From the NCBI GenBank assembly GCA_036563665.1, contig DATCLY010000069.1, forward strand, positions 38,146 through 102,145: DNA of 64,000 nucleotides, written 5' to 3'. Shown here one piece after another: positions 42,501 to 51,247 of the stretch. Within the stretch, counting starts at the first letter, position 1. The number at the start of each line of letters is the position of its first letter. The notes under the pieces are model-generated. The model was given only the letters and a program-made list of their open reading frames with translations. It did not search any database and was not told the DNA's origin. Both the position numbers and the translations under genes were made by a program. Source of the DNA: Gammaproteobacteria bacterium. GTDB lineage: Bacteria; Pseudomonadota; Gammaproteobacteria; Steroidobacterales; Rariloculaceae.

Positions 42501-43076
42501 GGTCAGATCGCGGGCGTGGGCTTCACGCTATACAACGAGCTGCTCGCACGCGCGGTGAAGGAGCTGCGCGAAGGCCGCGAGCCGGATCTTGCGGACCCGT
42601 TCAGCTACGGCACGGAGATCGAGCTCGGCACGCCGGCGCTGATCCCGGAGGACTACATGCCCGACGTGCACCTGCGGCTCGTGCACTACAAGCGCATCGC
42701 GAGCGCGCCGACCGCCGCCGATCTCGACGAGCTGCAGGTGGAGCTCATCGATCGCTTCGGGCTGCTGCCCGCACCGGTCAAGACGCTGTTCGCGGTCGCG
42801 CGGCTCAAGCTCGCGGCGCGCGAGCTCGGCATCGTGAAGATTCAGGCGGGTCCGGAGGGCGGCACCCTGCGCTTCGGCGAACGCGCGCGCGTCGATCCGG
42901 CGCTGCTGATCCGCCTCGTGGAGGAGGAGCCGCACCGCTTCAAGCTCGACGGCCCGTACAAGCTGCGCTTCTTCTGGCGCCGGCCGAGCGAGCTCGAGCG
43001 GATCGAAGGCGTGGCGCAGCTGCTCACGCGCCTCGGCGCGCGCGCGCCGGAGTCGGCCGAGTCGGCCGCCGCATGA
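39585..43076 (+). CDS. mfd: transcription-repair coupling factor Mfd
   Basis: 1163 aa. UvrB-homology N-terminus, CarD/RID region, helicase motifs GDVGFGKTEVA and DEEHRFG, TRG motif region. Start moved to ATG 39585. Confidence 0.96.
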   Translation: MDAPLRVLDGLSLPDPHGPRHAVWGELYGSALGLAIAEAVARHAGPVCIVTPSAAAADRLQRELEFFAAGAPLGRFPDYETLPYEAIAPPQDLLAERLLALYQLATGEARTLLVDAGALLNRLPPPDFVRARSLTLAVGQTLDRDALTRRLADHGYLRVAQVTEPGEFAVRGALLDVFPTGHDAPVRIDLFDDRIDSLRTFDPQTQLSTGETREVRVLPAREFPFDADGIKGFRARFRERFPVEPGRCPVYRNISEAELPPGIEYYLPLFFDATASLFDYLAPDTLLILTEDSLSGLDDTWRLIGERYEQLCGDIEHPILPPEQAFASPEEVRARLPERVVVTVTAGRADERPGDGALVCNGGASHPLASAPSTASDRIARWLEAAPGERTLVAASSPGHREMLLELLKSRGLAPVAVRSWVEFVAGDMPLAVSVAELHEGMRIAARGLRVVTAAELGMERPRQRARRRRAARDPEAIIRELTDLQVGAPVVHEEHGIGRYRGLTTLDVDGVPTEFLVLEYAGGDKLYVPVQSLHLVTRYTGAPAEQAPLHRLGSDQWEKARRKAAEQARDVAAELLNVYARRAARRGTPLALDGSSYERFASEFPFEETEDQRAAIESVLADLEREQPMDRIVCGDVGFGKTEVALRSAFVAVQAGQQVAVLVPTTLLAQQHYRTFQDRFADWPVRIELLSRFRSAKAAAEALRGLADGTIDIVIGTHKLLQDNVAFKRLGLVIVDEEHRFGVKHKERLKQLRAEVHVLTLTATPIPRTLNMTLGGLRDLSIIATPPAARLAVKTFVGEWNERQVRDAILRELRRGGQVYFVHNRVENIEAVANEVRRLAPEASVRVAHGQMSERELEAVMLDFYHREFNVLVCTTIIESGIDIPTANTIIINRADRLGLAQLHQLRGRVGRSHHQAYAYLIAPPRRALTPEAAKRLEAIEALEELGSGFALATHDLEIRGAGELLGEGQSGQIAGVGFTLYNELLARAVKELREGREPDLADPFSYGTEIELGTPALIPEDYMPDVHLRLVHYKRIASAPTAADLDELQVELIDRFGLLPAPVKTLFAVARLKLAARELGIVKIQAGPEGGTLRFGERARVDPALLIRLVEEEPHRFKLDGPYKLRFFWRRPSELERIEGVAQLLTRLGARAPESAESAAA

Positions 43077-43942
43077 GCCGCGCTATACTGCCGCGCATGA
43101 TGCGCATCGTCTTCGCCGCCGTCGTCGCGCTGCTCGGCGTCGCGCTCGCGCGCCCGGGCGCCGCGCAGGACGCAGACCCGCCGCCGCTCTACCAGGTGGA
43201 GGTGCTGATCTTCGCGAACACCGGGCTCGATCCCACGGAGGAAGACTTCTCGCGCGTGCCCGCGACGGAGCCGGCACCCGCGCCCGTGCCGCGACTGCCT
43301 GGCGACATCGAGCTCGCGCCGCTCGAGGACGAGCTCGGTTTGCCGCAGGAGCCCGGGTTCCCGCAGGAGCCCGAGCCCGTGGAGCAGCCGGGCCTGCCGG
43401 AGCCGCCGGCCGACGCCGGCGCGCCCGCGGCCGACCTGCCGCCCGATCCCCGCGCGCAGCTTCGCACCGTGCGCGACTATCGCACGGGGCGCCTGGTGCG
43501 CTTCCGCCCGCTGCGCGCCGACGAGCTCGAGCTGCGCGGGCACTACCGAACGCTCGAGCGGCTCGGCGCGTACCAGCCGCTGGTGCACACGGGGTGGCTA
43601 CAGGAGGCGTTGAGCGAAGCGGAAGCGACGCCGGTGGACCTGTCGCTGCTCGGCATCGTGAATCCGGCCGGCAGCATCAAGCTGCACTTGAGCCGCTTTC
43701 TCCACTTGACGCTCGATCTCGCCTATCAGGGCGCGAGCGGCGCCGCGGCGACGCCGAGCCCGGCGAGCGTCGGCGGCTTGGGCGAGGTTCCCCTGGCGCC
43801 GCGCTACGTCCTGCAGGCGAGCCGCCGCATCCGCAATGCGGCGCTCAACTACTTCGATCACCCCGCGTTCGGGGTGCTCGTGATGGTGCGCTTCGTCGAT
43901 GCGCCGGTCCCGCCTGCGGCGGTCGACCGGCCGGTGCCCTGA
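43073..43942 (+). CDS. CsiV-like (DUF2803-type) periplasmic protein
   Basis: 289 aa. Signal peptide, then PPLYQVEVLIFAN... and ...YQPLVHTGWLQ... motifs as recalled for the CsiV family, which typically sits next to mfd. ATGA overlap with the mfd stop. The family call is from memory. Confidence 0.55.
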   Translation: MSRAILPRMMRIVFAAVVALLGVALARPGAAQDADPPPLYQVEVLIFANTGLDPTEEDFSRVPATEPAPAPVPRLPGDIELAPLEDELGLPQEPGFPQEPEPVEQPGLPEPPADAGAPAADLPPDPRAQLRTVRDYRTGRLVRFRPLRADELELRGHYRTLERLGAYQPLVHTGWLQEALSEAEATPVDLSLLGIVNPAGSIKLHLSRFLHLTLDLAYQGASGAAATPSPASVGGLGEVPLAPRYVLQASRRIRNAALNYFDHPAFGVLVMVRFVDAPVPPAAVDRPVP

Positions 43943-43948
43943 AGACGA

Positions 43949-44914
43949 TCAGCGCTTCGCCGCGCGGAGCGCCTGCGGCTCCGGCTCCGCGGCGAGCGCG
44001 CGGCGCGCGCGGGCGATGGCCGCCTCCGGGTCGTCCGCGGGGTCGCACGCCGCAACGGCCGTGCGCACCGTGACGTAGCGCTCCGTCTTCGCGCGCGGGT
44101 TGTGCAGCCCGAGCCTGCGGACATTGGCCGCGATCTGCTCCGCGAGCGGCTCGACTTCCGCCGGCCGCTGGTCGAGCACCGACGCCACGATGGTCGAGTC
44201 GTCGCACCGCGCGCAGAGGTCGCTCGCGCGGCGCAACGTGCGCGTGACCTGCGCGCCGATCATGCGCTGACAGGACTCCGCGGCCTTCGGCCCGAAGGTG
44301 CTGCGATACGCGTCGAACTCGACGATCTCGAAGAGCAGCACCGTGACCGCGCGCCCGTCGCGGCGCGCCACGGCGAGATCCCGCGACAGCAGCTCCTTGA
44401 AGTAATCGAAACGCAGCAGGCCCGTCGCCGGGTCCATGCGCTCGAGAGTCGGCGTCTTGATTCGGGGGCGGACAGGGTCTCGCTGCACCGTCTCGGCGCT
44501 TTGCTCAGTGATCATCGGCACCTTCTTTGGTCGTTGCACACAAAGGAAATAGCGCAGCTCGCAGTCGCCGTCGTAGAGCGGCTCGAGGCGCAGCTGCGTG
44601 GGCCACGTGCTCCCATCCTTGCGGACGTCGTGAACGTCGAGCTCGCACGCCTGCCGGCGCTCAAGCGCGATCTTGAGCTCCGCGAGCTCCGGCGAGCCTT
44701 CCGCCGCGCGCGCGGCGAGGCGCCAGCCCGTGCCGGTGAGCTCCTCGGCCGAGTAGCCGCTCTGTTCCGTGTACGCGCCGTTTGCGAATATGATCGGCAA
44801 ACCCGGCTCCCGGGCGTCCGCCAGGAGGACGCATTCGGAGTCGCGAACCGCGATTGTGTCCACGGCCGGGCGGTCGAGCGATCCTACGCCTCGGGCGCCT
44901 TTCCCGATCCGCAT
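43949..44914 (-). CDS. LOV-like PAS domain plus degenerate GGDEF-like domain protein
   Basis: 321 aa. The N-terminal half aligns with LOV domains (PIIFANGAYTEQSGYSAEEL...VRKDGSTW...YFLCVQ) but has GWRLAA where NCRFLQ is expected. The C-terminal half has the GGDEF fold pattern (LLFEIVEFDAYRSTFG...SDLCARCDDSTIVASVL) with CDDST replacing GGDEF. Confidence 0.75.
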   Translation of the reverse strand: MRIGKGARGVGSLDRPAVDTIAVRDSECVLLADAREPGLPIIFANGAYTEQSGYSAEELTGTGWRLAARAAEGSPELAELKIALERRQACELDVHDVRKDGSTWPTQLRLEPLYDGDCELRYFLCVQRPKKVPMITEQSAETVQRDPVRPRIKTPTLERMDPATGLLRFDYFKELLSRDLAVARRDGRAVTVLLFEIVEFDAYRSTFGPKAAESCQRMIGAQVTRTLRRASDLCARCDDSTIVASVLDQRPAEVEPLAEQIAANVRRLGLHNPRAKTERYVTVRTAVAACDPADDPEAAIARARRALAAEPEPQALRAAKR

Positions 44915-45089
44915 GCGATTATGTTCGATGACGCTGCGCGGGAACGTCTATGAAGCCGGTCACAATGCTCGGCCGCGACGCGGGCTCCAGATCGAGTAAA
45001 GCGCGCGCAGATCGCACGAAGCGCCCGCCGATCGGGCGACACCGGCCGAGCTCGCGCGCGACGCCGCAGCGCGCGATGGCCGCTCGGGC

Positions 45090-45839
45090 TCAGCGCCCGT
45101 CGCCGCAGAGCTCGGGCACGACGCGGTCGAGCACGAGACGCACGCGCCGCATGCCGGTAGCGAGGTGGCGTTCGATCGCGGCCAGGATTCCCTCGCCTCG
45201 GGGCCCGCGGCCCGCCGCGAAATTCACCGCGAGCGCGCACACGGCATAGGCCATGCCGAGCTCGCGCGCGAGCGCCGCCTCGGGCATGGCCGTCATGCCC
45301 ACCATGGTGCAACCGTCGCGCTCGAGCCGATCGATCTCGGCGGCGGTCTCGAGCCGCGGTCCCTGGGTGACGCCGTACACGCCGCCGTGCGCGCGGAAGC
45401 CGCACGCCTCGATGGCCGCGGCGAGCGATGCGCGCAGCGGCGCATCGAACGGCTCGTCGAACTCGACGTGCAGCACGCCGCCGCCCGGCGCGCCGAACGT
45501 GCTCTCCCGGCCCCAGGTGTAGTCGATGAGCTGCTCCGGAACCGCGAGCTCGCCCGGCGCGAAGTCCGGCGCGATGGCGCCGACGACGTTCACCGCGATC
45601 ACGCGCCGCACGCCCAGGTCGTAGAGCGCGCGCACGTTGGCGCGGTAGTTCACCTCGTGCGGCGCGAGCCGATGCGGCTCGCCGTGGCGCGCGAGGCACG
45701 GCACGGCGTGTCGACCGAACATCGCCGTCGCGACGGGGCCGCTCGGAGGCCCGTACGGCGTGTCCACCACGCGCGTGCCGGCGACGTCGAGCTCGAGCCA
45801 GCGGCGGCCGCTGCCGACGATGAGGCCCAAGTCCGTCAT
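45090..45839 (-). CDS. MTAP-family purine nucleoside phosphorylase (methylthioadenosine/methylthioinosine phosphorylase)
   Basis: MTDLGLIVGSG...CLARHGEPHRLAPHEVNYRANVRAL...GVTQGPRLETAAE...GMTAMPEA. Start moved to ATG 45839 (ATGA overlap with the hpt stop). Confidence 0.85.
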   Translation of the reverse strand: MTDLGLIVGSGRRWLELDVAGTRVVDTPYGPPSGPVATAMFGRHAVPCLARHGEPHRLAPHEVNYRANVRALYDLGVRRVIAVNVVGAIAPDFAPGELAVPEQLIDYTWGRESTFGAPGGGVLHVEFDEPFDAPLRASLAAAIEACGFRAHGGVYGVTQGPRLETAAEIDRLERDGCTMVGMTAMPEAALARELGMAYAVCALAVNFAAGRGPRGEGILAAIERHLATGMRRVRLVLDRVVPELCGDGR

Positions 45840-46405
45840 CGACCGTCCGCCGCGTAGAGCTCCGGCAACCCCCGCCAGTAGCCCTTGTAGTCCATGCCGC
45901 ACCCGAACAGATACACGTCGTCCGTCTCGAGCCCCACGACGTCCACCGGCGGCCGCGCGATCGACTCCGGCACGCGTTTCACGACGAGCACCGCAGTGCA
46001 GACCTCCGCGGGCCCGACGCGCGCGACCTCGCGCTGCAGCGCGGCCAGCGTGTCGCCGCGATCGAGCACGTCGTCCACGAGCACCACCGCCCGGCCGCGC
46101 AGCGCCGCCCGCGGCCGGACGAGCCATTCGAGGGCGCCGCCCGTGAGCCTGCGCTTGTAGCGGGTGGCGTGCACGTAGTCGAACTCGTACGGAAAATCGA
46201 AGTGGCGGACGATCTGCACGGCCGGGAACACGCCGCCGTGCATGACGGCGAGCACGACGGGATCGCGGCCGCGGAAACGCCCGGCAAGCTGCGCCGCCAT
46301 CGCGGCGATGGCCGCCTGCACCTGCTCGGCCGAAGCCACGAGTCGCGCAGCGGCGCGCACGCGCTGCGCCTCCTCGAGCGCCGCTCGCTCTGCCGCCGTG
46401 CTCAC
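45836..46405 (-). CDS. hypoxanthine/guanine phosphoribosyltransferase-like protein
   Basis: 189 aa. PRPP-binding loop VVLVDDVLDRGDTLAAL. GTG 46405 forms a GTGA overlap with the nagZ stop. Confidence 0.75.
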   Translation of the reverse strand: MSTAAERAALEEAQRVRAAARLVASAEQVQAAIAAMAAQLAGRFRGRDPVVLAVMHGGVFPAVQIVRHFDFPYEFDYVHATRYKRRLTGGALEWLVRPRAALRGRAVVLVDDVLDRGDTLAALQREVARVGPAEVCTAVLVVKRVPESIARPPVDVVGLETDDVYLFGCGMDYKGYWRGLPELYAADGR

Positions 46406-47445
46406 CCGCGCAGCTCGAGCGTCGGGCGCGAGCCGAGCGGCTCGAGCAGGCGCACCGCCTCGCTCCAAGCCGTGGACGCGTGCAGCGCTTCCCAGTCGAG
46501 CGGCCGGCCGCGGCCGTGCAGGCGCGTGAGCCTGAGCTGGCCCAGCGGGTTCACGTAGTCGCGCAGGTCCTCGAGCACGGCCGGTATCTCCGCCGGCGCA
46601 TTGCAGAGCAGCACGAGGTCGCAGCCGGCCGCGAGCGCACGCCGCACGCGCTCGACGGTGGTGCCGCCCGCGCAGCCCGCCATGCTCACGTCGTCGGAGA
46701 TCACTGCCCCCGAGAAGCCGAGCTCGCCGCGCAGCTGCCCCTGGATCCACCACGACGACAGGCTCGCGGGCGCCGGGTCGAGCTGCGGGAAGCTCACGTG
46801 CGTCACCATGACCGCCTGCAGCCCCCAGTCGATGAGCCGCCGGTACGGCACGAGATCGTCGAGCAGCTCCGCGTACTCGCGCCGGTCCACTGCGAGCTCG
46901 GTGTGCGAGTCGGCGCGCGCGCCGGCGTGCGTCGGGAAGTGCTTCGCCGTCACGACCATGCCGGCCCGCTTCGCCCCCTCCGCCAAGCGGACGGCGAGCC
47001 GCGCCACGACCGCGGCGTCCTCGTGCAAGGCGCGGTCGCCGATCACGGCGGCGAGCCCGCGGTCGAGATCCACGCAGGGCGTGAACGACAGATCGACGCC
47101 GACGGCGCGCAGCTCCGCCGCCATCGCCCAGCCGAGCGCCCCGGCCGCGCGCAGGCCCCGCGCCGGGTCCTCGTCGTACAGGTGTCCGAGCGCGCGCAGC
47201 GGCGGCAGGCGCAGGAACGGCTCGCGGAAGCGCTGCACGCGGCCCCCTTCCTGGTCCACGGCCACGAGCAACGGCGGGTGGCGCACGGCGTGGATCTCCG
47301 CCACGAGCTCCTCGAGCTGGCGCCGGTCCGCGAAGTTGCGGCTGAAGAGAATCACGCCGCCGACGAGCGGCGAGCGCAGCCATTCGCGCTCGTCGACGTC
47401 GAGCGCGGTCCCGCGCAAGTCGATCATCAACGGACCCAGCGACAC
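46402..47445 (-). CDS. nagZ: beta-N-acetylhexosaminidase NagZ
   Basis: 347 aa. GGVILFSRNF...AVDQEGGRVQRF...KHFP...SDD. Confidence 0.92.
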   Translation of the reverse strand: MSLGPLMIDLRGTALDVDEREWLRSPLVGGVILFSRNFADRRQLEELVAEIHAVRHPPLLVAVDQEGGRVQRFREPFLRLPPLRALGHLYDEDPARGLRAAGALGWAMAAELRAVGVDLSFTPCVDLDRGLAAVIGDRALHEDAAVVARLAVRLAEGAKRAGMVVTAKHFPTHAGARADSHTELAVDRREYAELLDDLVPYRRLIDWGLQAVMVTHVSFPQLDPAPASLSSWWIQGQLRGELGFSGAVISDDVSMAGCAGGTTVERVRRALAAGCDLVLLCNAPAEIPAVLEDLRDYVNPLGQLRLTRLHGRGRPLDWEALHASTAWSEAVRLLEPLGSRPTLELRG

Positions 47446-47465
47446 TGCCCCTCCTGGTGCGGGCG

Positions 47466-47990
47466 CTACTCCTCGATGCTCACCACCGTGCCGACCGGCA
47501 CCCGGTCGAACAGCTCCACGATGTCCGCGTTGGCCATGCGGATGCAGCCGATCGAGCCCGGCACGCCGAGCTCCGTGGAATCCGGCGTGCCGTGGATGTA
47601 AATGTAGCGCCGCATGGTATCAACTTCGCCGAGCCGGTTGCGGCCCACCTCCAGGCCGGAAAGCCACAAAATCCGCGTGAGGATCCAGTCGCGGCCGGGG
47701 TGCGCCCGGGCGAGCGCCTCCGAGTAGATCTCGCCCGTGGGCCGGCGGCCCCGGAACACCGTGCCGATCGGGGCGCCGGCCCCAATCTTCGCCCGCACGA
47801 CGTGCCGGCCGCGGGGCGTGCGGTAGCTGCCGCGCAGCTCGCCCGCGCCGTGCTTCGACGTCGACACGAGATACGTCCGCACGGCACACCCGCCCTCGAG
47901 CAGGAAGAGGCGCTGCTCGGCGAGGCTCACGCGGATCTCGAGGCCGCCGTCCGCAGGAGCTGCACGCGTCATCGGTCGTCCCAACCGCAA
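47466..47990 (-). CDS. small L,D-transpeptidase (YkuD) family protein
   Basis: YIHGTPDSTELGVPGSIGCIRMANADIVELF catalytic motif. Start uncertain (47990 or ATG 47972). Confidence 0.8.
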   Translation of the reverse strand: MRLGRPMTRAAPADGGLEIRVSLAEQRLFLLEGGCAVRTYLVSTSKHGAGELRGSYRTPRGRHVVRAKIGAGAPIGTVFRGRRPTGEIYSEALARAHPGRDWILTRILWLSGLEVGRNRLGEVDTMRRYIYIHGTPDSTELGVPGSIGCIRMANADIVELFDRVPVGTVVSIEE

Positions 47991-47991
47991 C

Positions 47992-49290
47992 TCAGCGCTC
48001 GAACAGCGCGACCGCCTCGACGTGGTGCGTCTGGGGAAACATGTCGAACGCGCGCACGGCCGTGAGCCGGTAGCCGTGGCGGTGCACCAGCGTCTTCGCG
48101 TCGCGGGCGAGCGTGGCCGGATGGCAGGAGACGTAGACCACCGCGCGCGCGCCGGTCTCGCCCAGGGCGGCGACGGTCGCCTCGGCGCCCGTGCGCGGCG
48201 GATCGAGCAGCACGACGTCCCAGCGCTCGCCGTAGAACGGCAGGTGGGGCTCGTTCAGGTCGGCCGTGAGGAACCGCGCGTTGCCCAAGCCGTTGCGCGC
48301 GGCGTTCGCCGCGGCCCGCGCCACGAGACCGGCCTCGCCCTCGACGCCGAGGAGCTCGGCGGCTCGCTGCGCGAGCGGCAGGCTGAAGTTGCCGAGGCCG
48401 CAGAAGAGATCGAGCACCCGCTCCTCGGGCGCCACGCGCGCGAGGTCGACGGCGGTCGACACCATCTCGGCGTTCACGTGCGCGTTGATCTGCACGAAGT
48501 CCGTGGGCGCGAACTCGAGCGTGAGATCGAAGCGCGGCAAGCGGTAGCGCAGCGGGCGCGCGGGCGGGTCGAGCGGCACCACGGTGCCCGGCCCGCCGCG
48601 CTGCAGGTACAGATCCACGTCGTGCCGGCGCGCGAACTCGCGCCATCGCTCGAGATCCGCCGCAGACGGCTCGGCCAGCACGCGGAAGACGAGCGCCCGC
48701 GCGTCGTCGCCCACCGCCACCTCGATCTGCGGCACGCGGTCGCGCACGGAGGAGCCGCCGATGAGCTCCGCGAGCTCGCCGAGCAGGTCGCCCATGGGCG
48801 GCACGAGCACGAGGCAACGGGCCATGTCGGTGACGTACGGCGCGGCCCGTTCGCGGAACCCCACGAGCACGCGCTCCTTCGCCGGCACGTATTTCACGCC
48901 GAGCCGCGCGCGCCGGCGGTAGCCGAGCGCGGGCCCCGTGCCGGTGGGCAGCCACCGCTCCGGCCGCACCTGACCGATCCGCTCGAGCGCCTGCGCCACC
49001 ACCGACTGCTTGAACGCCACCTGCGCGTCGTAGGTCATGTGCTGCAGCGCGCAGCCGCCGCAACGGCCGAAGTACTCGCACGGCGGGGCGCTGCGCGCCG
49101 GCGCCGGCTCCACCACGCGGATGAGCTCCGCCTCCTGATAGCGCCGCCGGCGCTTGCGCGGCGCGACCACCACGCGCTCCGCCGGCAGCGCCAGGGGCAC
49201 GAACAGGCGCCGGCCGTCGACGTCCGCCACGCCGCGGCCGTCGTGGGTGAGATCGACGATGGCGGTCTCGACCGCTGCTTCAGCCCTCAT
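47992..49290 (-). CDS. rlmD: 23S rRNA (uracil1939-C5)-methyltransferase RlmD
   Basis: TRAM-like N-terminus. Fe-S cysteines CEYFGRCGGCALQH. SAM motif DLFCGLGNFSLPLA, DPPRTG. Confidence 0.9.
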   Translation of the reverse strand: MRAEAAVETAIVDLTHDGRGVADVDGRRLFVPLALPAERVVVAPRKRRRRYQEAELIRVVEPAPARSAPPCEYFGRCGGCALQHMTYDAQVAFKQSVVAQALERIGQVRPERWLPTGTGPALGYRRRARLGVKYVPAKERVLVGFRERAAPYVTDMARCLVLVPPMGDLLGELAELIGGSSVRDRVPQIEVAVGDDARALVFRVLAEPSAADLERWREFARRHDVDLYLQRGGPGTVVPLDPPARPLRYRLPRFDLTLEFAPTDFVQINAHVNAEMVSTAVDLARVAPEERVLDLFCGLGNFSLPLAQRAAELLGVEGEAGLVARAAANAARNGLGNARFLTADLNEPHLPFYGERWDVVLLDPPRTGAEATVAALGETGARAVVYVSCHPATLARDAKTLVHRHGYRLTAVRAFDMFPQTHHVEAVALFER

Positions 49291-50065
49291 GACGACCAGC
49301 CCGCCAGGCCTCGAGGAATGCCTTCCAGTGCGGCTCCTCGGACCGCTCGAGCTTCCCTTCCACCTCGGCCACCTCCGCTCGGTAGCGCTCGGCGTCGAAC
49401 GCTCCCCGCAGCAGCTGGAAGCGCAAATAGATGAGATACGTATTCAGCGCGTCGGTTTCGCAATAGTTGCGGATGGCCGCGATCTCGCCCCGCTGGTAGC
49501 TGTCCCACACGCGGTCGCCGCTCATGCCGAGCTTGCCCGGGAGGCCCAGGAGCTGCGCCACCTGATCGAGCGACGCCCTGCCGCCCGCGTGGTAGCCGGA
49601 GAGCACGTCCATGAGGTCGATGTGGCGCCAGTGGTAGCGCCCGAGGTAGTTGTTGTAACGGAAGTCGCGGTCGCCGTCGCCCGTCTCCCAGTAGCGCGCG
49701 GCCGACACGCCGTGCCGCAGCGCGCGGTAGTTCAGCACCGGCAGGTCGAACGAGCAGCCGTTCCAGGAGACGAGATCGGGCCGATAGCGCTCGAGCCCGT
49801 CGAAGAAGCGCTGCACGAGCTCCTTCTCGGGCGAGGAGGCGTCGCCCAGGCTGCCCATCCACAACGTTTCACGCGTGCGCAGCACCACGGACACGGCCAC
49901 GATCCGCTGCTGCGGCAGCGGCAGGAAGTCGCTCTGCCGCGCCTGCTTGTGCTTGAACGTCATGATCTTCGCCACGGAGGCGTCGTCGAGGTCCGGCACG
50001 TTGTAGAGCCGCCTCCCGAGCTCGACGTCGGGCACCGTCTCGATGTCGAAGGCGAGCACGTTCAT
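49280..50065 (-). CDS. predicted 3'-5' exonuclease (PolB-exonuclease-like, RNase H fold)
   Basis: MNVLAFDIETVPD (ExoI DxE)...LVSWNGCSFDLPVL...YCETDALNTYLIYLRF (ExoIII). Start moved to ATG 50065 (ATGA overlap with the acpS stop). Confidence 0.75.
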   Translation of the reverse strand: MNVLAFDIETVPDVELGRRLYNVPDLDDASVAKIMTFKHKQARQSDFLPLPQQRIVAVSVVLRTRETLWMGSLGDASSPEKELVQRFFDGLERYRPDLVSWNGCSFDLPVLNYRALRHGVSAARYWETGDGDRDFRYNNYLGRYHWRHIDLMDVLSGYHAGGRASLDQVAQLLGLPGKLGMSGDRVWDSYQRGEIAAIRNYCETDALNTYLIYLRFQLLRGAFDAERYRAEVAEVEGKLERSEEPHWKAFLEAWRAGRHEG

Positions 50066-50466
50066 GACCGCTCCCCACCGTTCGTCGGCCGGCGCAGCAG
50101 CACGGCCACCGCCACGATGAGCCCGGCCTCGTCGGAGAGCGACAGATGCCCCTCCCCCACGCCGAGCTTGTCGCACAGCGCCTTGCCGCGCGCCGAGTAC
50201 ACCACCTGCGGCTGTCCCAGCCGGTTCGGCACCATGCCCACGTCGCGTACCCAGATGCCGTTCGCGAACCCCGTGCCGAGCGCCTTCACGATGGCCTCCT
50301 TGGCGGCGAAACGCATCGCGAGGAAGCGAACGGGACGCTTGCTCGTCTCGAAGAGCCGGTACTCCTCGTCCATGAGCAGGCGCCTGGCGAAATGCGCCCC
50401 GAACCGCTCGAACGTGCGCTCGATGCGGGCGATCTGCAGCACGTCGGTGCCGATGCCGAAGATCAC
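50062..50466 (-). CDS. acpS: holo-ACP synthase
   Basis: MIFGIGTDVLQIARIE...FAAKEAIVKALGTG... Confidence 0.92.
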   Translation of the reverse strand: MIFGIGTDVLQIARIERTFERFGAHFARRLLMDEEYRLFETSKRPVRFLAMRFAAKEAIVKALGTGFANGIWVRDVGMVPNRLGQPQVVYSARGKALCDKLGVGEGHLSLSDEAGLIVAVAVLLRRPTNGGERS

Positions 50467-50518
50467 GGAACGTTCCCCGCGCGCCCCGGGCGCGCGCGCC
50501 GCTCGGCGCCGGAGCGGA

Positions 50519-51247
50519 TCATAAACCCCGGCTCACGATGTCGCGCAGCACCGCGCGCGTCTTCAACGGGCGCTCGCCGAGATACGCGTCGAGCACGCGG
50601 GACAGGAGCCTCTGGGCGGCCCGCAGGCTCGTCGCGGTGTCCAGGGTTTCGTCGCGCAACGCGATCAAATCCGCTCCGGAGTACACGTCGCCATCGTCGT
50701 CCGCCGAATCGCTCGCGACGAAACCGTGCTCGAGCTCGAACGCGTAGCGCCGCTCCGCCACGATCGGCTCGCCGGTGCCGAAGTCGCGGTCGAGCTCGAG
50801 GCCGTAGCCGAGCGCCTGCAGCAGGCGCAGCTCGAAGAGGCGCAGCGCGCGGGCGGCGCCCGCGCGGCCGGCGAGCTCGGCGAGGCAGCGACTATAGCAA
50901 GAAAAAACTTCGGCGTTCGAATCGCCCCGGGCAAGCAGGCGCAGCACGAGCTCGTTCACGTAGAAGCCCGCGAGGAGCTCCTGGCCCCCGAGGCGGTACG
51001 CCTCGCCGTCCGGCTCCACGTAGGTGAGCCGGCCCAGGTCGCCGCGCCGGTTCCAGGACAGCCTGAGCGGCGTGAACGGCTGCAGCAGGGCGCGCTCGCC
51101 GCGGCCCGGCCGGCGGGAGCCGCGCGCCACGAGGCCCACCCGGCCGTGCCCGGCCGTGAGGCACTCGAGCAGCTGGCTCGTGTTGCGATAGGGGCGGTGG
51201 TGCAGGACGAAGCCCCGCTCGAGCAGGACGATCTCGCGGTCGGTCAT
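50519..51247 (-). CDS. recO: DNA repair protein RecO
   Basis: 242 aa. ...GFVLHHRPYRNTSQLLECLT...LQPF..L.. Follows era. Confidence 0.9.
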   Translation of the reverse strand: MTDREIVLLERGFVLHHRPYRNTSQLLECLTAGHGRVGLVARGSRRPGRGERALLQPFTPLRLSWNRRGDLGRLTYVEPDGEAYRLGGQELLAGFYVNELVLRLLARGDSNAEVFSCYSRCLAELAGRAGAARALRLFELRLLQALGYGLELDRDFGTGEPIVAERRYAFELEHGFVASDSADDDGDVYSGADLIALRDETLDTATSLRAAQRLLSRVLDAYLGERPLKTRAVLRDIVSRGL

